DNA of 32,000 bases. Origin: Wallemia ichthyophaga EXF-994. Taxonomy: Eukaryota > Fungi > Basidiomycota. Below the pieces are notes generated by a model. It did not search any database. It saw only the letters and a program-made list of their open reading frames with translations, and was not told the origin of the DNA. This document shows positions 23,414 to 32,000 of the stretch, in pieces (the stretch's first letter is position 1; each line of letters starts with the position of its first letter). The stretch covers positions 262,592 through 294,591 of the forward strand of contig NW_008806278.1 of the NCBI RefSeq assembly GCF_000400465.1. The letters are read 5' to 3'. The translations under genes and the position numbers were made by a program.

Positions 23414-25438
23414 TCAAACTTTGTTCAAAGTAGGTACGCTCTTAAGAGTCGGATGGACAGCTTCTCTTTCTTCACTTTTTGCAAGCTGGCTGGCTATTTT
23501 AGATTTTGAGCGAATAGCAGGACCATCTGGGATGGTGTCAGTTTGTACATGGTGGGATTGTAACTGTCCGTACTCATGATAAGCAGGAAGGGAATGATCG
23601 AGAGGGCAAGTCCGATCAAACCTATCAATGTGGATGCCCACGGAGCAGTCATTTCTTCATACTGAGCTGGCGTTAACAAAAAGCGAGCAGAATTAGTGTA
23701 TTAGTACGTACCATTTTCATACTGAACAGAGGAAAAATTGCACCTAAAAAGTTTCTAAATGCAGACGTTGACGCCTTTGAAGAGTTAGCCTAGGAATATA
23801 AAATGCTATTGTAACACTAACTTGAGCAGAACTTGCGTATGTCTCATAACAGTCGCTGAGGTAGTTGAAAAGTGCGGTATAGACGACATAAATACCCCAG
23901 ATCAGCATCACTAAGCCAAAAAGGCAAGGAATGACAAATTGAACCTCGTTACGTGTCGTCCACGCCATGATTAAACAACCAAAGGAGAAGAGCAAGCCAC
24001 CTGCACAAGTCCAGTAAAGGCGTACTTCAGGATTACACTTGTTGTTCACGCTCCTAGCAGCTCTGCGACGATACAAGGACTGTTGGTGAAAGTTGCTTAG
24101 GAATCCAATGACTGAACCTATCGTTATCGATATTAAAACGAGATGTGATTGACCTGGGTTGAATCCGTAGGCAGCTTCGAAAGTAGATGGAATGGCTGCC
24201 AGTATTCTGAATGCTATTAAGTTGGGGTGAAAAGCCGCTCATAAACTCACAAGTACACTACACCCCAGAGAAAACCGCACCAGAGTGAGAGCGCGAAGAC
24301 GATTGGCTCGATAAAGAGCTGGAACGAGCGTTTAAGGGACATGGTGATGTCTTTGGCAGTGAATTTAACCGTTCCTGTTGCATAGTATGGCAATCCTGTT
24401 CTCGTTTTGAGCTGTGGTTTGTGAGATTTGACCAGATGTGGGACTGAGTTACTCACAGCATGAGCACGCCTTTCGATAATAACATTGGCTCTCGTCTCCT
24501 TTAATACGAGTATGTTTATAATCGACGAGATGCAATTGATGATGAACTAATTGTTTCAGTTAATTTAGACTACTTTCAAAGATGCATATGCTTGCGATAA
24601 TAACTCACAGTTATCCAGAGAGCCCACTGCCATCCACCAAGCCCTCTGATACCGTCTAAATTAATCTGAGCGTAGCCACTCCAAGATGGACCGACACCTT
24701 GGGTGCCAATAGCAAATCTATTACAAGAGTCAGTGTCAATATTAAGACATAAGATTAGCTCACAGTGAAAACACAGCCATTGGTAATCCTCTTTCACTGG
24801 CGTTGAACATGTCTGCGATGCTACCGCCAACAAGTGTATTACCAACAGAGCTACAGCCACTTTTCGTTATTAGCTTATTTCATACTATCATAACCACCGC
24901 TCACCCTTGTAACAACCTCATCACGACGATAACAGCTATATTTTTCACTAAAATTTGCGGCAGGAAGAGCAGCGCGTGAAGAGATGTTGTGACGAGGTAT
25001 ATCTTTCTCCTGCCAAAGCTCTCACTCATTGGGGAGAGTATGAGAGGTAAGAAAGCGACAGAAAGCATGAACTGTTACTTGTCAGAGCGCGTCATGATGT
25101 TTGAGTAAACGCACAGTGGTCATTCCTGATATGTATTCGAGGTGAGTAGCACCAGTGTCCCTCATCATAGTATCACCAATACTGGCATATACAGTCATCG
25201 CCAAGCCTGTGCAAATGTTTATGAGAGTGATTGCAAATACGACGGTCCACTTTTTCACTTGGGACCAATTCTTCGGATTCTCTGAGTCATTCTCTGAGAA
25301 TTCAACGAGGTATTTGTTTTCATCTTCAATTGGAATAGTCGCTGTGGAATCGTTCTTTAGTTGAGACAGCGCGTTTGTCACTGCCGCTGTCTCGGACTGT
25401 TGGTGGTCTGGTCGGTTCACTGTGTGTAGCTGTACCAT
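23414..25438 (-). CDS. MFS transporter, DHA1 (drug:H+ antiporter/polyamine transporter) family
   Basis: DSENPKNWSQVKKW, SPMSESFGRRKIYL (motif A), RLLQG, GGSIADMF..SERG, LKETR, LFIEPIVFALSLW, PEVRL, YLSDCYETYASSAQ and FRNFLGAIFPLF. About eight short introns splice in frame. Confidence 0.88.
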
Positions 25439-25686
25439 TGATAATAATTTTGCCGGTTTGGTGCAGGTAAAGAAGCTTGACTAAATATCGGTGATTGAGA
25501 TTCGATCTTTGGAATGAATAGAGATTCACCCAACTAGCATGCATTCTTGGCCGAGAGAAGTGAGAAGCGGCAAAGGGGATTTGAATCCGATATGGGGAGG
25601 CGTATGTGAGCTCTAGATAAGAACATCCAAGCCTTGACTGTGTTTTTATATCTCTCACCAGTACCACCACCTTCAAGGCACATGAG

Positions 25687-26797
25687 ATGCTTGACGCGGT
25701 ACGCAAATATGGATTATCAGCTGTAGTTGTATTGCTAGTTATATTCACCTCGCACGCGTTTCATACACTCCATCTGCATTTCACTCACAACGGCTTCTAC
25801 GTCTTATTCCTGCTATGCTTCTTTATCAGCTATTACAGGGCTTGTGTAGTTGAGCCTGGTTATGTTTCCTCCAACGTTGCAGAATCCCGTGTGCACGAAT
25901 GGGAGCGCAAGTCAGACGGCTCAAGGAGATTCTGCCGGAAATGCAGGCTGTTCAAGCCAGGTGGGCGAGTTTCTTATGGGCTTTTCAGTTTGAATAACAC
26001 AGTCACATCAGATCGTACACACCACTGCTCATCATGCAGCAGATGTGTGTACAAAATGGATCATCATTGTCCGTGGTGTGAGTGAAGCGAGGATCGTACA
26101 GCTAAATCAACAGCTAACACTATAAATAGTGCTCAATCGCTGCGTCGGCTTTTACAATTACAAGTATTTCCTTCTATTACTCTTCTACGCAGCAGTTCTC
26201 TGCTTGTATGCTTTCGCAATGACAGTATACACTCTCGTACGCTCCATCAAGCTCAACATGACAATAGATCCTTGGTACGCACAGATCGAGTGGGCTTTTG
26301 CGGCCGTAGAGACGTGTACGCTGGGATTAGCGCTCTTAGGTTTTTGGATCTGGCACTGCACGCTTGTAGGGCGTAACAAAACAACTATAGAGGCATTAGA
26401 GACGGATCGGGCACACCGCAGTCACAGTCCGCGATATACAGCACCAACTACATCACCCGATAGCGCCATTCTGCCACCGCCACCACCGTCCACCTCTCTT
26501 AGTGGATGGGAGAGAAGTAAACTGACGCAGCTCGCTCTGGTCAATATATTCGATCGCGGGTGTTTAAATAACTTTATGGATGTCTTGGGGTGGGATGGTC
26601 GCGCCGGGTTGTTTGGCTGGTGGGTGTGGTTTGTACCGTTCAAAAACACAGCTGGAGCGTGGGTTTAATTTCGTTTGGTAGGCCTCTTCTGACCTGCTGA
26701 CAGGCACACTCAGCCTGACACTTTCACCGTGGAAACTCAGCAAGCACTCAAGGTGTCTGCTATTAGAGAAGAGCTTGACCGGTACTGGTATCGGTGA
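25687..26797 (+). CDS. PFA3: DHHC palmitoyltransferase, Pfa3-like
   Basis: [19 protein letters not shown]|[22 protein letters not shown]|[15 protein letters not shown], the TTxE motif NKTTIEAL and C-terminal [11 protein letters not shown]. Three introns; stop at 26795-26797. Confidence 0.8.
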
Positions 26798-26896
26798 ACA
26801 GAGCCAGCGCACAGTTGTAACATGAGCACACTACACGCTATTTAATGAAATGTATTTATACGTTACCGATTTGTCTTCTCTTTCGCCCACTCACCA

Positions 26897-28252
26897 ATGT
26901 CCAAATTTCGCGAAGTGAGTAAAGACGCGGATAAGCGTGACGCACAACTAAAATGAGTCCCCAAGAGTCTCCGCATACTGACGTTTGTTGGTGTGCCAGA
27001 GTCAGTGATCAATTGGAAGCCGCGGCTGCCATCGAGGAATTGGTGCATATTCCTAGGATTGACGGGTTCGACGACGGCGCTATATGCGTACGACAGGAGA
27101 GAGACCAAGAGGATAATGCAGGAGCACATGGACAAGGTGCATCACCTCTCGCAAGAAGCGATGGGCGGGCCGTCGCAGCTCCCGCGTCGAGTGCACATCT
27201 ACGCAGCGCTGTATCCCGAATACGACGAGCCAACAGGTGCAAAATTCTTCAAACAGTACATGAAGCCTGTGTTGAATGCAGCAGCTATAGATTTCGTCGT
27301 AGAGAAGGGCCACAAGCACGGTGCTCTCGCGACGACACTCAGAGAACGCACGCAGGCTCAACGTAGAGAAGCTATGGGTCTAGAGGCGCCATCGCTCACT
27401 CCGATAGCTGCGCAGAGCGAGCGCGATAGAGAAGGCGGCGTTGTCCTCATAGGTAGAAACACAGTGAAGGAATACCTCGCTGGGCTCGCGCAGGGCTGGA
27501 AGTCTGGTGTAATTTCGCGCGACTTGCTCGCGGAATTGTCCTCCATCATTCCTGCTCTCCCAAAGCCGGGTGATGAAGATACCCTCAAGGAGTATGCGGA
27601 GCTGGAGACGATTATCCCAGAAATTAGCATTCCAGTGTCTGGCTCAGCCACAGGAGTCGCCAAGTATTTGACATCTGCACCGTCAGTTATCCCCCCACAA
27701 GCACCGGTGCTTCTCGTGCCATTCTATGAGCTTGTTGGGTTTGCAAAGATCCCAGAGATGGTTGCAGGCTTCTTCAATCACCGCAAGAGCGCCAGTGTGG
27801 GGTGTGAGGCGGTTATGAAGCTCATAGATGCAAACGTCAAGCAGGTCGAACCACCATATTCAGACGAGGAAGCGGAGATGGTCAGCTATGATGAGCCATG
27901 GAAGCAGCCTCAAACACTCGAGTACAAAGCACAGGGAGGTACACTCTGCGGATTCGATGTAGAGTCCGAAGAGAAAATCAAGAAGACTTTTGAAGATGTA
28001 CCAAAGGGGATTGCTAGGAGGAGAAAGGAGTATTATGACAATCTGGTAGACAAACTCAAAAAAACGCGCCAACAGGCTTCGAGAGAGGTTAAGGAAAGCG
28101 AGCGCAAGGAGAAATCGGAGGAGGAGCTGCAGCAGGAGCGCATCGCTAAGGAGAAGCAGTTTAGAGAGGACTACGAAGGCTGGGCACTGGCTCGCAAGTA
28201 CCAGAGAGTCCGCTACGAGCCATGGATGAATGGTTTGCATGTATACACTTAA
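26897..28252 (+). CDS. TIM54: Mitochondrial inner-membrane translocase subunit Tim54
   Basis: First exon MSKFRE (ATG 26897) and an intron from 26915 to about 26966, then SLRILTFVGVPESVINWKPRLPSRNWCIFLG...YDRRETKRI, FFKQYMKPVLNAAAIDF, GVVLIGRNTVKEYLAGL and LLVPF..LVGF. Confidence 0.88.
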
Positions 28253-28382
28253 TTTAAGCAGAGTATGCAGAGTATACATAGACATAGATTCATAGATTTA
28301 CAAAGATGTTTATTTTCTACTACTTACAAACGTAAGCGCACAATTAGCAGGCAGCGCTGGCATCGCACGCAGACCGAGCCGA

Positions 28383-28528
28383 TTACGTAAATAGATTACT
28401 TGAGGCGGAGGAGCGACACCAACAAGGTTAGAAAAATTGCGCTATGAAAAACCGTTGAAGGATAGATTTACTTGCAAAAGAGCAATCTTCGCGCCTTCAC
28501 ACCAAAGTAAGAATAAGAGTTACGTCAT
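28383..28528. promoter_or_regulatory. ATF/CREB-type sites upstream of the polyol SDR
   Basis: Palindromic TTACGTAA at 28383-28390 and TTACGTCA(T) at 28520-28528 (ATGACGTAA on the minus strand). A TATA-like TATAAG follows at about 28547. Confidence 0.4.
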
Positions 28529-28714
28529 AGACGCATTAGCATGAGCTATAAGAGAAAAATGTAAGTGAAATGAGTTAATGTGTTTTGCGCGTGCTGAGAA
28601 ATGCACTCGCATTGAGCTCAACGTCACTTTTGAATTTGGAGTATGGTACCTCGGTTGCAAGTACATTGCTTTCTCCTCTACACCCATCAGCTACGGTAAA
28701 AGTTAAAAAACATC

Positions 28715-29966
28715 ATGTCTGTTAGCGAAAACCCACTCGTCGCGCAATCGACTCAGCTCAACACGCTGCAAAAGTTTGAGTGAGTCGGCGTCGTTGGATA
28801 TGGCGTTATGGCTCACGGATCCCAGGCTTACCGGAAAGACGGCAATTGTCACTGGTGGTGCCAGGGGTCTTGGATTCGAGATGACGCGCGCATTCTGCGA
28901 AGCTGGGTGTACTTCAGTTGGTGAGTTCTGGCTGTGGGGTTCGCCAGCTCGAAGCTCACCAAATCAGGTATCTTCGATATTCTCTCAGAGTGGTGAGTGT
29001 GGGTGTATATAGCTCACCAGCCTCTAACTCGCAGAAGGGGTGACTCTGCTGTCAAGGAATTACACTCTTCTTTCCCAAATGTCAGCGCGTAAGTGTGGAG
29101 TAAAGTATTGGCGACTGCTGACGTCAAGTAGATCTTTCTACCAATTAGACGTTAGAGACGAAAAGGCCGTCATAAGCGCCGTTGGTGGGTCGGGTTTTTA
29201 TAGGTGCAAAAACACTGCTAATTTTTCATTTACCGCAGATGGTGTTGTTAGAGACTACGGCGGTGTTGACATTCTTCTCACTTCAGCTGGTGTTGCTGAC
29301 AACGTAGGTGAACTTTATATATCCCTTATCAACCAACTAACGCGCACAGATTGCTGCTGAGGTGAGAAAATTAGCATACTTTTCAGCATCAATGCTGATA
29401 AGGATTATAGGACTACCCAGCTGACCGTTTCAGACGCGTTATGGACATTAACTTGAATGGTACATTCTTCGTGGCTCAGGCTATCGCCAACATACAAATC
29501 CAAAACAAGAGACCATGCTCAATGGTATTCATTGGATCAATGTCAGGCAACATAGTCAACTACCCACAACCACAATGTGCATACAATGCATCTAAAGCAG
29601 CAGTTATTCACCTTGCCAAGTCACTTGCATGTGAATGGGCACCACACAACGTGAGTGTTTTGTTTGAAGGTGGTCTGACGGGCAGCTAAACAAAATTATT
29701 TATAAGATTCGCGTAAACACCATCTCTCCAGGATATATGAACACTGCGATTACAGACAAATTTGATCCAAACCTTAAGAAGACATGGTACGAGAGAACAC
29801 CAATGGGTAGAATGGGACACGTTACAGATCTCAACGGAGCAGCAGTCTGGCTTCTCTCGCCAGCATCGAACTTTGTAACAGGAACGGACGTACTCGTTGG
29901 TGAGTGTAACGTGATCAATTGGACACCAACTAACAACAATCAGACGGTGGTTACTGTGCTTTGTAA
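28715..29966 (+). CDS. Classical short-chain dehydrogenase, D-arabinitol 2-dehydrogenase/polyol dehydrogenase-like
   Basis: TGGARGLG (TGxxxGxG), an acidic residue after beta-2 (GIFDIL, suggesting NAD preference), SAGV, DINLNGTF, catalytic S (IGSMSG) and YNASK, SLACEWA, RVNTISPGYM, RMG...DL.GA. About eight introns, including a 12-nt microexon. Confidence 0.9.
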
Positions 29967-30125
29967 AATATTAGAACTGAATGAAATTTTTTGTTTTCTG
30001 ATTTGATTTGGGTGAATCACTATGACTGCTATGCGACTGCCACTGCAACCACCAGAAGGACCAACACGATTAACTCAACAAAACTAAAAAAACTCGATAA
30101 ATCCAATAAATTTGAAGACGATAAA

Positions 30126-32000
30126 ATGTCTAAAATTGCAAATTGGAGTGCTGAGATTCCTTTGGGCGATGGAGATGGAGACGATCACCAAGTGTTTCTC
30201 AACGATGAGGAATTCATAACTCAATTTATAGGTTCTGTCAGATCAGCTAAGCTTAATGTGGCTTTGAATAGCTTATACGAATTTGATTCTCGTTTGAAGC
30301 GTTGTACGTTGTGGCTATGGCTATGGCTACGGTGCTGACGATATTTCAGTGGATGGGAATGTCCTTTATGAATGCCTGGATGACCTCCTTGGTCTATACA
30401 GCGCTTCCTCTCTTTCTCTTCAAAAATTCAGATACGAATACTTCATCTTCCTGCCAAAGCTGTTTACCCAGTTCAACCAATCTATCGAATACGCCATGAA
30501 TTGGCAGTCTGAGGAGCACAACAGACTTTCAAAGACTTCTGCATATGCTACAAACGCTCACACGTTGTTTCATCAGTCTGTTGCACTCATACACGCTCAA
30601 ATTGACTCAGACGGCGCTATTTCGTCATCTTCTATCAATCTTTTATCCAGATCACTCGATTTACAGCTCTCTTTTAGGGATAGCCATTTAGTTAAGCCCT
30701 CACTATCTCTCTCTGCCTTGGTTTTGACCCGCAGACTCATCCGCCAACATCACTCTACTATTCCCTCAATCTTATCTCTCATTCTGAGCCAGCCCAGCAT
30801 CTCCCACGCTCCGCTTCTCGGTACTGCCATTGATGTTGCTTTGCGTCTAAGAGCTAAATCTGAGACTGACAAAGGTCTCAAAGGTGGCGTTGGCTGGTCT
30901 TACGTCGATCAAAGGAAGGTTGATATCAAAAACTTCTTTGTCAACATGATTGTTGCATCAAAGACTCAAGTGCCCTGTCGCCATAGAGATGCCCTGCTCG
31001 ATTTCATTGGCAACTTTATAGGAAAAGATGAGTTGGAGAAGGATATTCTCCCAGTTGTTGAGAAGATGCTGTTGCGCTCACCAGACGGTACTCTTCAATT
31101 GATGATCTCCATACTCTCCAAGTACAGCGGTGATCTTGATGGCATCATCACCCGTTTCATTAATGCTTTGGTTTCTGTTACCAAAAACCAAAATCCCGAT
31201 GTTAGATCAATCGGTCCATTGTTCGTACAGACAGTTGTCAAGGCAAACCAAGTCTTCGAGAGGAAATTTGATTGGACACCTTTCGCTAATGAGATCGTCA
31301 ATGTTCCAAAGATGGGTAAAGCGGCATCGGCAGAGCACCGCGCTACCTTATTCACTCTTCTAAGCTACGTTCCTACTGGTGATAATATCTCTCAGTCGAT
31401 CGCGGAAACGCTCCCATCGCTTATCGCAAAAGAAAACAACGACACAGCGATGCAGTCACTAACTAGCGCACTTGCACCTCATTTGGCTTATGCAGTCGCC
31501 CATGGAGGCGTTTCTGCATCCGCACTCACTCCCCTTGTTAGCGGTCTGGGATCAACTAAGCCAGTGGTCAAGCGTGCGACTGGTGTTTGTGTAGGTGATG
31601 TAATTTGGTCTGTCAATGACTTGGGCAAACTCGAGCCATTTGTCAAAACTGTTCTCCCTGCATTCGACGCAGAGCTCAAGACTGTCTCCGCAAGCGCTCT
31701 TACTGCACCAGCTGGAGCTCTCGTGGGATACATTGTTGTCGCCACCATGTCCCATGTAGCCGGTCTTGAAGGTAGATCGGCAGTCGTTGAAGAGTTCATT
31801 CAGAGTCAAAACATGAGGTCTGTTACGGCTCTCGGCAGCAAGCCATCCTTCCTTCTCAACGACAAGATTTACAGGAAATTAACAACGTATCATGAGGAAT
31901 TGTGGTTCAGAAGGTCACTTGAAGCTGTTGCAGCAGATGACACTGTGTCTTTCAATAAGGAGCTGTCAACTTCTATTGGTCAAGCGTTGTTACATCTCAT
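30126..32000 (+). CDS. GCN1: Translational activator Gcn1 (N-terminal part; runs off the window end)
   Basis: ATG 30126 and intron 30304-30349, then a frame open to the window end with helical HEAT-like content. It includes APLLGTAIDVALRLR, VEKMLLRSPD and VPKMGKAASAEHRATLF, which I recognise as Gcn1 N-terminal motifs. Confidence 0.75.

Noticed and set aside
29119-29126. Perfect CRE palindrome TGACGTCA inside the SDR gene
   Set aside because: It coincides with the CTGAC branch site of an intron, which explains it.
30310-30331. GGCTAT x3 microsatellite
   Set aside because: Small slippage repeat inside a 46-nt GCN1 intron, with no evidence of function.

Overview
This is a very gene-dense stretch of fungal genomic DNA. 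Introns of about 40-60 nt (GT-AG with CTRAY branch sites), intergenic gaps of 30-250 nt and basidiomycete-type proteins suggest a compact basidiomycete such as Wallemia; that assignment is inference and was not verified. Manual splicing gives about 21 protein-coding genes: Djp1/Caj1-type DnaJ (partial), Snx41, an RTC4-domain protein, a small hypothetical protein, Nxt1, Cpt1/Ept1, an F-box protein, Mcr1, Spo11, a DUF2420/Rmr1-like protein, an orphan membrane protein, RNase H2A, Dbp2, an orphan locus with two open frames, a VPS9-domain GEF, Kin28/CDK7, an MFS transporter, a DHHC palmitoyltransferase, Tim54, a polyol-type SDR and Gcn1 (partial). No tRNA, rRNA, CRISPR array or mobile element was recognised. 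The most striking non-coding feature is the 430-nt DBP2 intron, about 9 times longer than the other introns. It carries several hairpins, a pair of mutually exclusive pairings, and an alternative GTGAGA donor immediately after an in-frame stop, which makes it a candidate structure-controlled poison-splice autoregulatory switch. Other notable items are head-to-head gene pairs with only 34 and 41 nt between start codons, a tandem donor/acceptor junction in the SDR where one combination creates a stop codon, and an intact SPO11 just behind a DUF2420 gene. All exon boundaries and family calls come from reading the sequence, without database searches.
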